Positions 37,146 to 48,546 are shown, numbered from the stretch's first letter. The stretch is DNA of 64,000 nt from Geopsychrobacteraceae bacterium (GCA_963662315.1 OY759353.1:864001-928000); one strand, 5' to 3'. Notes: a model not told the origin generated them from the sequence alone. Program-made: numbers and translations.

Positions 37146-38385
37146 ATCAATTCAACGCAGCTGGTGTCTTTATGATTGGGCCAATTCTGGATTTGCTACA
37201 GTCATTCTGGCGGCGGTTCTACCTGTCTATTTTGCGACCCTGGTGCCACCCGATGGAGCCCGACTGCCGATCTTTTCTGACCATAGCTATTCAGCAACAA
37301 GTATCTGGGGTTATAGCGTCGCCCTGTCAATGCTCCTTATCGCCATAGCCGCCCCAACCCTTGGCTATCTGGCAGACTTCAACGGCAGCCATAAAAAGCT
37401 ATTAACCCTCTTCTGTATGAGCGGTTCAATAGCTACAGCCTTGCTGTTTTTCGCATCAGGTCAGCGCTACGAGCTTGCGGCGCTGCTTTTCATTGTCGCC
37501 AATTTTTCCTTCGCCGGAGCGAACATCTTTTACAATGCCTATTTACCCCACCTGGCCAAGGGGCGCGCGATGGACCAGCTGTCTTCTCGTGGATATGCCT
37601 ACGGCTACCTGGGTGGCGGCATTCTTCTGGCCCTGGTATTTATCCTCATCAGCACCAGTCACGATGCCGGCCAGGCAACACGCTTGAGCTTCATATTTAC
37701 CGCACTATGGTGGTGCGTTTGGGCACTGCCAGCAATGATCAAACTTCCATTAACACCCAAAAACCAGAGTAAAGAAAAATATTCGGTTCAGAAATACATT
37801 CAACAGTTCAAAAACATTATAAAAAACCGCAATTTATCAATATTCCTGGTGGCTTTTTTGTTTTACAACGACGGCATCCAGACCCTGATCAGTGTTTCAG
37901 CAATCTACGCAAAAGAAGAACTGTTGCTCAGTCAGGGATCGATAATCGGCTGTTTTCTGATGATTCAGTTTCTGGCCATGCCCGGAGCATTGCTGTGCGG
38001 ATTTTTAAGCAGAATATGGGGAGCAAAAACCACCATTTTTGTATGCCTGATGGTGTTCCTGGTGGTCAGCTATTTTGCCTATCAGATGACAAGCAATACA
38101 GAATTCTGGATTCTTGGAGCAGTCATAGCGATGGTCCTGGGTGGCAGCCAGGCTTTGAGCAGGTCTCTCTACGCAACACTGATTCCTCAAAATCAGGCGG
38201 CAGAATTATTTGGTTTTTTTGCAATCAGTACCAAATTTGCCGCCATTTTCGGCCCCCTGCTCTTTGCACTCATTACTGATTTGACCGGCAGCTCCAGACA
38301 AGGAATCCTTGCTCTTGGCAGTTTCTTTGTGATTGGGGGCATCCTGCTCGTGTGCGTTGAGGCAAAGCCACGCCAGACGCCATAA
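37129..38385 (+). CDS. MFS transporter (UMF1/Atg22-like)
   Basis: WCLYDWANS, FYNAYLP, YNDGIQT, GGSQALSRS; ~12 TM segments. Confidence 0.9.
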   Translation: MTQKHKSIQRSWCLYDWANSGFATVILAAVLPVYFATLVPPDGARLPIFSDHSYSATSIWGYSVALSMLLIAIAAPTLGYLADFNGSHKKLLTLFCMSGSIATALLFFASGQRYELAALLFIVANFSFAGANIFYNAYLPHLAKGRAMDQLSSRGYAYGYLGGGILLALVFILISTSHDAGQATRLSFIFTALWWCVWALPAMIKLPLTPKNQSKEKYSVQKYIQQFKNIIKNRNLSIFLVAFLFYNDGIQTLISVSAIYAKEELLLSQGSIIGCFLMIQFLAMPGALLCGFLSRIWGAKTTIFVCLMVFLVVSYFAYQMTSNTEFWILGAVIAMVLGGSQALSRSLYATLIPQNQAAELFGFFAISTKFAAIFGPLLFALITDLTGSSRQGILALGSFFVIGGILLVCVEAKPRQTP

Positions 38386-38391
38386 GGGACA

Positions 38392-39687
38392 TCACCGGCA
38401 CTGAGCAATCAGTGTATCGTCACTCATGTCAGTCACAGTCAATGGGTAGCAACGCCCTGGTTCTACCGAATCTGATCGCACCAGAACCGGGAGGTAGTTT
38501 TCCGAAAGACCTTTACGCCAACCATCTTTTTCACCACCTTCGATAATTACAGACAACTCTTTCCCAACAAAACGTCGCATAAATGCAGAGTGTTTGTTCT
38601 CACCCAACTGCCGTAAACGAGCAGCCCGCTCCTTGATAATAGCACCATTAACCTGCTGTGGCATTTCAGCGGCAGGAGTTCCTGAGCGTCGGCTATAGGG
38701 AAAAACATGCAAATGGCTGAAAGATACACCGTCAAGAAGCGCAAGAGTGTTTTCAAACTGCTCATCGGTCTCTCCAGGGAACCCGGTGATCACGTCAAGA
38801 CCAATGGCGGCATCAGAAACCCTAGAATGAATGAGCTCGATTAGATCGCTGAAAAATGCGGTCGTATAGTGGCGGTTCATGCGCCTTAATATGTCATCAT
38901 CACCAGCCTGTAACGGAATATGGAAATGAGAACAAATCCAATTATGAGACGCTATATAGTCGACCAAATCAACTGTTAATTCATTTGGCTCAATAGATCC
39001 AAGGCGCAACCGACCTGAAAAATTGGATTGTTCAATGCCATGTAATAATTCGAGCAAGCTTGACCGCGGGTTGAGATCAAGACCAAAACAACCGATATGA
39101 ATTCCGGTCAGCACCACCTCTGGATACCCGGCCAGGGACAGACCTTCGACCTGTCCAATGACATCGCGTACAGCAACTGAACGACTGCGACCACGGGCAT
39201 AGGGTATAATGCAGTAGGAACAAAAAGCATTACAGCCGTTCTGGATCTGAACAAAGGCGCGACTGCGTTGTTCAAAGGTCGACAGCGGCAAAGGTTCCAT
39301 AGTTTTCTGTTTGCTGATATCGGAAACGATGGTTCGTTGCTGCGAAAAACCACCAATCAGATACTCGAGAAGATCCTTTTTTTCCTGATTGCCAATAACC
39401 AGCGAAACTCCCGGCAAGGAAGTGAACGCATCCGGATCGACCTGTGCGTAACAACCGGTAACAACGATATTGGCCGACGGATTAAGACGTCGGGCGCGAC
39501 GGATCAGGTTTCTTGATTGAGAGTCGGTTGCCGAAGTCACGGTGCAGGTATTGACGATAACCAGCTCGGCACCCTCTTCAAAATCGACAAGCTCGTAGCC
39601 TGCCTGAGTCAATTGCTCGCTCATGGCTGCAGACTCAAACTGATTAGTCTTACAGCCAAGCGTCATAAAGGAAACGGTTGATTTCAT
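38392..39687 (-). CDS. mtaB: tRNA t6A37 methylthiotransferase MtaB
   Basis: TLGCKTN, NTCTVT, GCNAFCSYC radical-SAM motif, HVFPYS; ATGA overlap with mnmA. Confidence 0.93.
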   Translation of the reverse strand: MKSTVSFMTLGCKTNQFESAAMSEQLTQAGYELVDFEEGAELVIVNTCTVTSATDSQSRNLIRRARRLNPSANIVVTGCYAQVDPDAFTSLPGVSLVIGNQEKKDLLEYLIGGFSQQRTIVSDISKQKTMEPLPLSTFEQRSRAFVQIQNGCNAFCSYCIIPYARGRSRSVAVRDVIGQVEGLSLAGYPEVVLTGIHIGCFGLDLNPRSSLLELLHGIEQSNFSGRLRLGSIEPNELTVDLVDYIASHNWICSHFHIPLQAGDDDILRRMNRHYTTAFFSDLIELIHSRVSDAAIGLDVITGFPGETDEQFENTLALLDGVSFSHLHVFPYSRRSGTPAAEMPQQVNGAIIKERAARLRQLGENKHSAFMRRFVGKELSVIIEGGEKDGWRKGLSENYLPVLVRSDSVEPGRCYPLTVTDMSDDTLIAQCR

Positions 39688-40748
39688 TCTATCCAACCAC
39701 CACCGATAACCAGATCGCCGTCATAAAAAACCGCAGCCTGTCCTGGGGTGATGCCATCCTGACCATGGTCAAAAATCACCCGAGCCCGATTTTCTGCCAA
39801 CGGTTCAAGCCGTGCTGGAACTTCAAAATGACGATAACGGATCCGACACGCAGCTTTGATCGGAGTGACTGGCGGTTCAATATTCCAGTTACAGTCAACA
39901 GCGATCAGCTCCTGTTTGTTGAGATAGGGCTTTTCACCAACGATGACCTTCTTCTCCTGCACATTAAGGCCAACAACGTAAAGGGGTTCGTGCCAGCCAA
40001 TCCCCAACCCCTTGCGCTGTCCTATGGTGTAGCGGTAAACACCCTGATGGCTGCCAAGGACGCGTCCGGAGATATGCACAATCTCACCACTGAGACGTCC
40101 CGTTCCATGTTCCTGCTCAATCAGGCGCACATATTCCCCATCAGGAATAAAACAGATATCCTGACTTTCTGACTTGGTTGCCACAGGAAGATCAAACTCC
40201 AGGGCCTTGGCCCGAATTTGTTCTTTATTGAATTGCCCAAGGGGAAACAAACAGGCTGAAAGCTGTTGCTGATTGAGACTGAACAGGAAATAGCTCTGAT
40301 CTTTTTTCAGATCATCCGCCTTACGGATCAGCAACCGTTCGCCATAGTTTTCCAACCGGACATAATGCCCGGTAGCCAGATACTCCCCGCCAAGCTCACG
40401 GGCCTTGTCCAGTAGTAAACCGAATTTTATCTGTTTATTGCAAAGCGCACAGGGGTTGGGTGTTCGACCGGAGAAATAATCCTGGCAAAATGGGTTGATA
40501 ACCCGTTTGCGGAAGTCGTTTTTCAGATCTATGACATGGTGCTCAATGCCAAGCTTATCAGCCACGGCACGTGCATCGGCCGCCGGATCTGCCAGTTTTG
40601 CCATCACCTGATCAGAAATACCGATATCATGCTGATCCCACAATTTCATCGTCAGACCGATAACATCGTACCCCTGCTCAAGCATCAGAGCTGCCGTAAC
40701 TGAAGAGTCAACGCCACCACTCATGGCAACAACAACACGTTTTTTCAC
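39684..40748 (-). CDS. mnmA: tRNA 2-thiouridylase MnmA
   Basis: AMSGGVDS, TPNPC, ATGHY, KDQSYF, ESQDICF, PGQAAVFY. Confidence 0.97.
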   Translation of the reverse strand: MKKRVVVAMSGGVDSSVTAALMLEQGYDVIGLTMKLWDQHDIGISDQVMAKLADPAADARAVADKLGIEHHVIDLKNDFRKRVINPFCQDYFSGRTPNPCALCNKQIKFGLLLDKARELGGEYLATGHYVRLENYGERLLIRKADDLKKDQSYFLFSLNQQQLSACLFPLGQFNKEQIRAKALEFDLPVATKSESQDICFIPDGEYVRLIEQEHGTGRLSGEIVHISGRVLGSHQGVYRYTIGQRKGLGIGWHEPLYVVGLNVQEKKVIVGEKPYLNKQELIAVDCNWNIEPPVTPIKAACRIRYRHFEVPARLEPLAENRARVIFDHGQDGITPGQAAVFYDGDLVIGGGWIE

Positions 40749-40781
40749 ATCTGTTCCATTCTATTTCATGAAGACACATTC

Positions 40782-40814
40782 AAAAAGGGCTCCGCAATGG
40801 TATTGCAGGAGCCC
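40782..40814 (-). terminator. Terminator between iscU and mnmA
   Basis: GGGCTCCTGCAAT...ATTGCGGAGCCC-TTTTT on the minus strand. Confidence 0.7.
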
Positions 40815-40844
40815 CTTTAATAAACCACTTGAAGTAACATCCCT

Positions 40845-41216
40845 CTAGGCGCGATGCTGTTCCTTATAGTTTTTGATCGCCTCATGTAAAGCATCAGCAG
40901 CCAGGTTGGAGCAGTGCATCTTGGCTGGAGGTAGACCGTCCAGAGCTTCAGCAACAGCCTGGTTGGTCAGAACCAGCGCCTCATCAAGGGTTTTGCCAAT
41001 AGCCAGTTCTGTCACCATGGAAGAAGTAGCAATCGCAGCACCACAACCAAAGGTTTTGAATTTGACATCCTGAATGACATCATTCTCCACCTTCAGATAA
41101 ATTTTCATGATGTCGCCACAAGAAGCGTTGCCGACTTCACCGACACCATCGGCATTTTCGATCTCACCAACATTTCTTGGATTGGAAAAGTGATCCATAA
41201 CTTTTTCTGTATACAT
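40845..41216 (-). CDS. iscU: Fe-S scaffold protein IscU/NifU
   Basis: HFSNPRNVG, CGD, FGCGAAIA, LPPAKMHCS. Confidence 0.95.
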   Translation of the reverse strand: MYTEKVMDHFSNPRNVGEIENADGVGEVGNASCGDIMKIYLKVENDVIQDVKFKTFGCGAAIATSSMVTELAIGKTLDEALVLTNQAVAEALDGLPPAKMHCSNLAADALHEAIKNYKEQHRA

Positions 41217-41256
41217 GATATTGCTCCTGAATATTTAAATTAGAATCGGTTTTAAT

Positions 41257-42480
41257 TTATGAACAAACTTTGGTAACCATCCGGCACTCATCACAATCGA
41301 GAGGGGTTGGTTCGTTACGATTATACAAAGGACTCATTTCGCGCAAACGCTGCACGATCGGCGGCAGTTCCTGCAAAACGAAATCAATATCTTCTTCGGT
41401 ATTATCAGAACCGAGGCTGAATCTGGTACTGGAATGAGCAAGCACCACTTCAACCCCCATCGCCCCCATGACATGGGAGGGCTCAAGAGAACCGGACGTA
41501 CAGGCAGAGCCTGAAGACGCTGCAATACCTTTCATATCAAAGAACAGCAATAGCGACTCTCCTTCAATATAGTTAAAACTGACATTAAGGGTATTCGGCA
41601 AGCGCAGGTCAGCGTTGGGATGTCCATTCAGTTTCACTTCGGGGATCGCACTAAGAATACCATGCTCAAGTTTATCCCTGAGCTTACGAACATAGGCATA
41701 TTCGCTATCAAGATTCTTTTTGGCCAGTTCGCAGGCCACACCAAGACCGACAATGGCGGCGACATTATGGGTTCCGGCCCGGCGATTTCGCTCCTGGTGA
41801 CCACCATGCATAAAACGGGTCAATTTGGTTCCACGCTTGACATAAATGGCTCCAACGCCTTTGGGGGCACCAATTTTATGTCCGGACAATACGGCAAGAT
41901 CAACATTGGCCTTCCGTACGTCAACAGGCACTTTACCAACGGCCTGTACGGCATCGGTATGAAAACGGACTTTATGTTTTTTGGCAATCTGTCCAATGTC
42001 TTCAATCGGAAACAGGTTGCCGGTTTCATTGTTAGCCCACATAACAGAAATCAATATGGTCTTGTCGGTAATAGCCGCTTCAAGCTCAGCAAGATCGAGA
42101 GAACCATCCTTGTCAACCCCGAGGTAGGTCACTTCGTACCCATGCTTCTCAAGATAATCACAGGTTTCCAGAACAGCCGGGTGTTCAACGGCCGTAGTAA
42201 TAATGTGATTGCCCTTATCTTTCAAAGCATCTGCGGTACCCTTGATGGCGAAGTTATCACCTTCACTGCCACAGGAGACGAACACGATTTCTGCTGGTGA
42301 ACAGTTCAACAGATCGGCAACCTGCTGCCGTGCAGTTTCAATGGCACCACTTACCATCCGTCCGGCCCAGTGAACACTGGACGGGTTTCCGAATTGTTCA
42401 CGATAATAAGGCAACATCGCCTCCAACACTTCTTCCTTAACCCGCGTCGTTGCGTTGTTGTCCAAATAAATCTGCTTCAC
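41257..42480 (-). CDS. iscS: Cysteine desulfurase IscS/NifS
   Basis: YLDNNATT, NNETG, SGHK, SSGSACTS. Confidence 0.95.
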   Translation of the reverse strand: MKQIYLDNNATTRVKEEVLEAMLPYYREQFGNPSSVHWAGRMVSGAIETARQQVADLLNCSPAEIVFVSCGSEGDNFAIKGTADALKDKGNHIITTAVEHPAVLETCDYLEKHGYEVTYLGVDKDGSLDLAELEAAITDKTILISVMWANNETGNLFPIEDIGQIAKKHKVRFHTDAVQAVGKVPVDVRKANVDLAVLSGHKIGAPKGVGAIYVKRGTKLTRFMHGGHQERNRRAGTHNVAAIVGLGVACELAKKNLDSEYAYVRKLRDKLEHGILSAIPEVKLNGHPNADLRLPNTLNVSFNYIEGESLLLFFDMKGIAASSGSACTSGSLEPSHVMGAMGVEVVLAHSSTRFSLGSDNTEEDIDFVLQELPPIVQRLREMSPLYNRNEPTPLDCDECRMVTKVCS

Positions 42481-42517
42481 AGCAATCCTCCGGTTTTACA
42501 AAATAATGATAATTAAA

Positions 42518-42955
42518 TTAGCTGTTGATCGCTTTCAGGTCCATCCGTCGGCGACCCTCTTCAGTTAGATCTTGAAGGGTCAGGGATGACAGAAACTGAC
42601 GAATCTGCGCTCCTAAACCTTGCCACACCATCTGTGTTGCACATTCAAAATCACATTTACAGCTACCGTCCGAATTCATGCAACCAACCGGAACGATAGT
42701 CTCTTCAACGGTATCAATAACTTCATCAAGATGAATCTGATCAGCGCTGCGCGCAAGAACATACCCCCCACCGGGACCACGCACACTATTGACTATGTTG
42801 CCACGCCGCAGCTTGACAAACAGCTGCTCAAGGTAATTGAGTGATATTTTTTCCCGCTCTGAAATATCCTTAATGGATACCGGCATACCATCACTGGTCA
42901 GATTAAGGCTTACAAGAGCGCGAACAGCATATTGTGCTTTGGTAGACATTCTCAT
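42518..42955 (-). CDS. iscR: Rrf2 family regulator, IscR-like
   Basis: [15 protein letters not shown], Cys-rich segment [14 protein letters not shown]; upstream of iscSU. Confidence 0.85.
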   Translation of the reverse strand: MRMSTKAQYAVRALVSLNLTSDGMPVSIKDISEREKISLNYLEQLFVKLRRGNIVNSVRGPGGGYVLARSADQIHLDEVIDTVEETIVPVGCMNSDGSCKCDFECATQMVWQGLGAQIRQFLSSLTLQDLTEEGRRRMDLKAINS

Positions 42956-43704
42956 GAAATAGCTTCCTCACCCTGCTCGAGTTGTTGATAGTGCTTAAGT
43001 TCGGATTGTAGACGTTGTTGCTCTGCTTTCAAATCTTCAACCTGATCTTCCAGCCGCCGAATCTGATCAAATACACAGCTTACCGCTTTGGCAACCGGGT
43101 CTGGAAGATTGTCGTGCTCCAGATCAAAGCCCGGTTTACGTTCTCCGGAAATAACAACACGCCCGGGTATGCCAACAACAGTGGCATTTTGGGGTACCTC
43201 TTTAACAACAACCGAATTGGAACCCACCTTGCTGTTATCACCAACTTTAAATGGGCCGAGAATTTTCGCTCCTGAACCGACCACGACATTATCGCCAAGA
43301 GTCGGATGGCGTTTTTCCTTAGCCCAGCTGGTCCCTCCCAGGGTCACTCCGTGGTAAAGGGTGCAATTATTGCCGATCTCAGCAGTTTCGCCGATAACAA
43401 CTCCCATACCGTGGTCAATAAAAAATCCACGCCCAATAGTTGCTCCGGGATGAATCTCAATTCCGGTCAAAAGCCTCCCAACATGAGACACAAAACGCCC
43501 GGCAAGTTTAAACCCATGAATCCAAAGCCAGTGCGACAAGCGGTAAAACAGCAAAGCATGAAATCCCGGATAGCACAAGATGATCTCAAACACACTGCGA
43601 ACTGCAGGGTCCCTGTCGAATACGACCTTAAGATCTTCTTTAATTGTTGAAAACAAGGGTGACCTCCACCACAAAATATCGCCCCACAGGATCAGGACAA
43701 GCAT
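42952..43704 (-). CDS. cysE: Serine O-acetyltransferase (true start may be ~16 codons downstream)
   Basis: [30 protein letters not shown]. Confidence 0.95.
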   Translation of the reverse strand: MLVLILWGDILWWRSPLFSTIKEDLKVVFDRDPAVRSVFEIILCYPGFHALLFYRLSHWLWIHGFKLAGRFVSHVGRLLTGIEIHPGATIGRGFFIDHGMGVVIGETAEIGNNCTLYHGVTLGGTSWAKEKRHPTLGDNVVVGSGAKILGPFKVGDNSKVGSNSVVVKEVPQNATVVGIPGRVVISGERKPGFDLEHDNLPDPVAKAVSCVFDQIRRLEDQVEDLKAEQQRLQSELKHYQQLEQGEEAIS

Positions 43705-43773
43705 CTCAACCTCATGATAGGATGCTATAATTATTACTCATTTACTAGTACGACTTGTTATGTCACGATTATC

Positions 43774-43798
43774 ATACCCGACTATTTCTGTCAATTTT
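43774..43798. promoter_or_regulatory. IscR type-1-like binding site overlapping a TTGACA -35 of the cysE-isc operon
   Basis: ATACCCGACTATTTCTGTCAATTTT resembles ATASYYGACTRwwwYAGTCRRSTAT. Confidence 0.7.
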
Positions 43799-44003
43799 TT
43801 TTAAAACAGTTTGGTCAGGTATTATTGCTAGCGAAAAAACCTCCAGTTACCATCAAAATTCGACCAGACCACAAACTAAAGCGGCTTACCAGTCGACAGA
43901 AGATATATTTTTAACTATACTTTCCTCCATTCAATTTAATGGCTGTCAATCATCAACTCATGCGTACCCAAAACACAGGGACATCAAACCAAGGAGCGAG
44001 AAG

Positions 44004-45626
44004 ATGCCAGATTTTACCTATCAAAATCCGATGCCATTGGGACCGGAAAAAACCACCTATTACAAAATCGAAGGCTCGGAACAATATGTCGAGACAATCT
44101 CTTTCGATGGCAAACCCGTACTCAAGGTTGCTCCCAAAGGATTAACCACCCTGGCTAATACCGCCATGCGCGACGTTTCATTCTTGCTGCGCCCCGATCA
44201 TAACGAACAGGTCGCTAAAATCCTCAGCGATCCGGATGCCTCAGATAATGACCGTGGCGTTGCCATGGCCTTTTTGCGTAATGCTGAAATTGCTGCCAAT
44301 TTTGAACTCCCCCTTTGTCAGGATACCGGCACTGCTACCATCATCGGCAAAAAAGGGCAACAGGTATGGACCGGCTGCAATGATGCCGAGATGATTTCTA
44401 AAGGTGTATTCAAAACCTATACCGAAGAGAACCTCCGCTACAGCCAAACTGTCGCTTTAGACATGTATAAAGAAAAAAATACCGGCACCAACCTGCCCGC
44501 CCAGATCGATCTCTATGCTGAAGAAGGCGATGCGTACAAGTTCCTTTTCATCGCCAAAGGCGGTGGATCTGCCAATAAATCTATGCTGTATCAGGAAACC
44601 AAAGCCTTGCTTAACCCAGAAAAACTTGAAAGCTTCCTGATTCAGAAGATGAAAACCATCGGTACCGCAGCCTGCCCTCCTTACCACTTGGCCTTTGTCA
44701 TTGGAGGCACCTCTGCCGATGCCTGTATGAAAACGGTTAAGTTGGCAACAGCTCGTTACCTCGACGAACTTCCGACCGAAGGGAATGAACACGGTCAGGC
44801 TTTCCGTGACACCGCCCTTGAAGCAAAACTACTTGAAGCTGCTCAAAAGTTAGGCATCGGCGCACAATTTGGAGGCAAGTATTTTGCTCATGATGTGCGT
44901 GTCATCAGACTCCCCCGTCATGGAGCTTCCTGCCCGGTTGGCATGGCGGTCTCCTGTTCGGCAGACCGTAATATCAAGGCTAAGATTACCAAAGAAGGTC
45001 TGTTCATCGAACAACTTGATCGCAACCCAGGCAGATTAATTCCAGAAAAATACAAAACCGGTAAGCACAGCAACGGCACCCGCATCAATCTTGACCGACC
45101 GATGACAGAAGTCCTTGCCGACCTGTCAAAACTTGAAGTTGGCTCTCCGTTACTGCTGGACGGCACTATCGTTGTTGGTCGCGATATTGCTCACGCCAAA
45201 TTTAAAGACATTCTGGATAGCGGCAACCCACTGCCTGAATATCTGAAAAAGCACCCTATCTACTATGCCGGCCCTGCTAAGACCCCTGAAGGTAAGCCAT
45301 CTGGCTCATTCGGACCAACCACGGCCGGCCGTATGGACAGCTATGTCGGGCTACTGCAGGAAAATGGCGGCTCCATGATCATGATTGCCAAAGGGAATCG
45401 TAGCCAGCAGGTTACGGATGCCTGCGCTAAAAACGGTGGTTTTTACTTGGGATCAATTGGTGGTCCAGCTGCAATTCTGGCCGAAGAAAATATCAAAAAG
45501 GTCGAATGTATCGACTTCCCTGAACTTGGTATGGAAGCTGTGTGGAAAATTGAAGTTGTTGACTTCCCAGCTTTTATTCTGGTTGACGACAAAGGGAACG
45601 ACTTTTTCAAGAAACTTGGCCTCTAA
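44004..45626 (+). CDS. Class I (Fe-S) fumarate hydratase
   Basis: [27 protein letters not shown]; start at MPDFTYQ with AAGGAG RBS. Confidence 0.95.
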   Translation: MPDFTYQNPMPLGPEKTTYYKIEGSEQYVETISFDGKPVLKVAPKGLTTLANTAMRDVSFLLRPDHNEQVAKILSDPDASDNDRGVAMAFLRNAEIAANFELPLCQDTGTATIIGKKGQQVWTGCNDAEMISKGVFKTYTEENLRYSQTVALDMYKEKNTGTNLPAQIDLYAEEGDAYKFLFIAKGGGSANKSMLYQETKALLNPEKLESFLIQKMKTIGTAACPPYHLAFVIGGTSADACMKTVKLATARYLDELPTEGNEHGQAFRDTALEAKLLEAAQKLGIGAQFGGKYFAHDVRVIRLPRHGASCPVGMAVSCSADRNIKAKITKEGLFIEQLDRNPGRLIPEKYKTGKHSNGTRINLDRPMTEVLADLSKLEVGSPLLLDGTIVVGRDIAHAKFKDILDSGNPLPEYLKKHPIYYAGPAKTPEGKPSGSFGPTTAGRMDSYVGLLQENGGSMIMIAKGNRSQQVTDACAKNGGFYLGSIGGPAAILAEENIKKVECIDFPELGMEAVWKIEVVDFPAFILVDDKGNDFFKKLGL

Positions 45627-45653
45627 GGCTGCTCTCTCTACCGTGTAAAAGGC

Positions 45654-45684
45654 AAAAAGCCCCGTAAGAATTACGGGGCTTTTT
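45654..45684 (+). terminator. Intrinsic terminator after fumarase
   Basis: AAAAAGCCCCGTAA-GAA-TTACGGGGCTTTTT. Confidence 0.9.
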
Positions 45685-45818
45685 GTTTCCAGCTGAATTA
45701 ACACGCTATTTTTACTGATCTTCACAGACGAAAATGATACATATCAGTGCTGTTATCAGACAGTAGGTTTAGGTTACAATCATCACAACCAATAAATAAT
45801 ATCCCTCTTTATGAAGCG

Positions 45819-46008
45819 TTAGCTAGTGTTCATTCGGAAACGGCCCTTTTCCGCTGTGGCGGTGTCAATCTGCGGGTTTTCTTGTGCGGCGTAAAGCACT
45901 ACGCCTCCGCGCAACCCCTTGATTTCCTTACCACAACGAAAAATTGCTCGTTTCCAATCTGAAAACTTAGCCGTTGCTCTTCGGAGTTTCCGGAGGGCAA
46001 CTAGCTAA
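45819..46008. mobile_element. MITE-like non-autonomous element (~190 bp)
   Basis: Imperfect 23-bp terminal inverted repeats TTAGCTAGT-N7-CGGAAAC; internal nested stems; no transposase. Confidence 0.7.
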
Positions 46009-46026
46009 ATAACAATCAGGACCGCC

Positions 46027-48546
46027 ATGACATCCGCATTTTTTAAGCTGTATACAAATACAATTCTTAAACACCCCATTATCAGTATCATTCTTATTCT
46101 GTGTATTGTATTTGGTATCGGCAGCTATGCACGCAATTTCCACCTTGATGCTTCCGCCGACTCGTTACTTCTCGAAAATGATCAGGACTTAAAATACTTT
46201 CGCAGCATCAACCATCAATATGGCAGTGGTGACTATCTGGTTATTGCCTACACACCTAAACAAGACCTTTTTGCCGATGAGACCCTGAACGATTTGCGGC
46301 AACTGACCAGCGAATTGAAACAGCTTGATCGCGTTGAGTCGGTCTTAAGTATTCTAGACGTGCCTTTGATTGACAGTCCGCGTGCGTCATTAAGTGACCT
46401 TAGCCAGAAGATCCGGACCCTTGACAGTGAAGGGACAGACAAGGATCTTGCCCGGCACGAATTTCTAACCAGTCCTCTCTATAAAAATATGCTGGTTAGC
46501 CCAGACAGTAAAACGACTGCCCTGCAGATCACCTTTACGCCAGACATAAAATACCGTGAATTGCTTGAAGTACGTAATTCCCTGCGCGAAAAGAAATTAA
46601 GCGGTCCATTTTCAACCCAGGACCAGATACAACTCGATAGTGCCAGTGACGCCTACGACAATTACAGCCGCATGGTTGCTGACCGTGAAGCTGACGATAT
46701 TGCCAAAATTCGCGCTATCATGGCCAGACATCGCGGGCCTCAAGCTGAGCTTTTTTTAGGCGGAGTAGCGATGATTGTCACCGACATGATCGATTTCATC
46801 CAAAGCGACCTCGCCTCATTTGGACTTGGTGTACTGACTTTTCTCGTTGCCATGCTGATCCTTATCTTCAGGCGTAAGCAATGGGTCCTGCTCCCATTAA
46901 TCTGCTGTTTTTCAGCGGTCCTATTCATGTTTGGTTTTCTCGGCCTGGTGGACTGGAAGGTTACCGTTGTATCATCCAACTTCACCTCTTTATTGCTGAT
47001 CATCACCTTGTCACTGTGCGTGCACCTGATTGTTCGCTATAACGAACTCTACGAAGAAATGCCGCAAGCCAACCACCTGGAACGCGTCAAGGAAATGGTC
47101 CGATCAAAGGCCATACCCAGTATTTATACAGCCCTGACCACTATTGTTGCTTTTGTTTCACTGCTGACCAGCGATATCAGGCCGGTCATCGATTTCGGCT
47201 GGATGATGGCTATCGGTATCACCTTTGCTTTGTTATTGTCGTTTATTATTTTCCCGGCCGGCCTTGCCCTGTGCAAACCACCAAGAGAATTCAAACCAGG
47301 CATCGATATTACCGGTTACATCACCCGCTCCTGTACGCACTGGGTTGAAAAACGTCAAGCAGCAACCTTAGTGATGTTTTTTATTATTACCGCTATTTCT
47401 GTCGCTGGGATTACCAGACTGACAGTTGAAAATAAGTTCATCGACTATTTCAAACCTACGACTGAAATTTACCAGGGGATGGAACTGATCGATCGTCAGT
47501 TGGGCGGTACGACACCATTAAGTATTATTCTGGATGCTGATCCCGATTTTTTTACAGCCCGGAAATCCGCTACAGAAAACAAGGAAGAAGACCCCTTTGC
47601 TGATGATTTTTTTGGTGAAGCAGCAACAGCAGACAGTGGCCTTTCCGGGAGCAGCTACTGGTACAACAGTTACCAGATCGACACGATTGAAAAGGTCCAT
47701 GACTACCTTGAACAACTCCCGGAAACCGGCAAAGTGTTGTCAATGGCCACTACCTTCAGAATGATGGAAATGGTCAACGGAGATGTCCCCCTGGACAACA
47801 TTTCCTTATCCGTAATCCACAAAAAGCTCCCTTCACTTATTGAAAAGACCCTGTTTGCACCTTACATGTCTGCCGATGGCAACCAACTGCGCTTCAGTTT
47901 ACGCGTTATCGATTCCGAACCGAACCTGCGCCGCGACGCGTTCCTTAGGAAAGTCCATTCAGCCCTTATTGAACAGTTTCATCTCAAACCTGAGCAGGTA
48001 CATCTGACAGGGATGTTTGTTCTTTACAATAACGTGCTGCAGAGCCTCTTCGATTCTCAGATCATGACCATTGGGGTTGTGTTTCTTGTCATCATGGGAA
48101 TGTTTGTTATACAATTCAGATCCCTGCGCCTGGCGATTATCGCAATCATTCCCAACCTGATTTCTGCGGCGACAGTTCTTGGCCTAATGGGACTGATGGG
48201 AATCCCTTTGGACATTATGACCATTACCATTGCGGCAATCACCATCGGTATCGCGGTCGACGACACAATCCACTACATCCATCGCTTCAGTGAAGAATTG
48301 GACCTGGACGGTGATTACTTGGCCGCTATGAAGCGCTGCCACGAAAGTGTCGGTCGGGCTATGTACTACACCTCAATTATCATCGTCGCCGGATTTTCCA
48401 TTCTAACCCTGTCAAACTTCAATCCGACCATTTACTTTGGGTTGTTTACCGGCATTGCCATGTTGATAGCCATGATTGCCAACCTGACCTTACTTCCTCT
48501 GCTACTGATTCTGCGGAAAGGGTCCCGGAAGATCCGCGCACAATAA
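46027..48546 (+). CDS. MMPL/RND superfamily transporter
   Basis: Two repeats of TM + periplasmic loop + TM bundle; ITIGIAVDDTIHY. Confidence 0.9.
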   Translation: MTSAFFKLYTNTILKHPIISIILILCIVFGIGSYARNFHLDASADSLLLENDQDLKYFRSINHQYGSGDYLVIAYTPKQDLFADETLNDLRQLTSELKQLDRVESVLSILDVPLIDSPRASLSDLSQKIRTLDSEGTDKDLARHEFLTSPLYKNMLVSPDSKTTALQITFTPDIKYRELLEVRNSLREKKLSGPFSTQDQIQLDSASDAYDNYSRMVADREADDIAKIRAIMARHRGPQAELFLGGVAMIVTDMIDFIQSDLASFGLGVLTFLVAMLILIFRRKQWVLLPLICCFSAVLFMFGFLGLVDWKVTVVSSNFTSLLLIITLSLCVHLIVRYNELYEEMPQANHLERVKEMVRSKAIPSIYTALTTIVAFVSLLTSDIRPVIDFGWMMAIGITFALLLSFIIFPAGLALCKPPREFKPGIDITGYITRSCTHWVEKRQAATLVMFFIITAISVAGITRLTVENKFIDYFKPTTEIYQGMELIDRQLGGTTPLSIILDADPDFFTARKSATENKEEDPFADDFFGEAATADSGLSGSSYWYNSYQIDTIEKVHDYLEQLPETGKVLSMATTFRMMEMVNGDVPLDNISLSVIHKKLPSLIEKTLFAPYMSADGNQLRFSLRVIDSEPNLRRDAFLRKVHSALIEQFHLKPEQVHLTGMFVLYNNVLQSLFDSQIMTIGVVFLVIMGMFVIQFRSLRLAIIAIIPNLISAATVLGLMGLMGIPLDIMTITIAAITIGIAVDDTIHYIHRFSEELDLDGDYLAAMKRCHESVGRAMYYTSIIIVAGFSILTLSNFNPTIYFGLFTGIAMLIAMIANLTLLPLLLILRKGSRKIRAQ

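Noticed and set aside
43755..44003. 83-aa N-terminal extension of fumarase in the ORF track
   Set aside because: Runs through the divergent promoter region; the RBS and family start are at ATG 44004.
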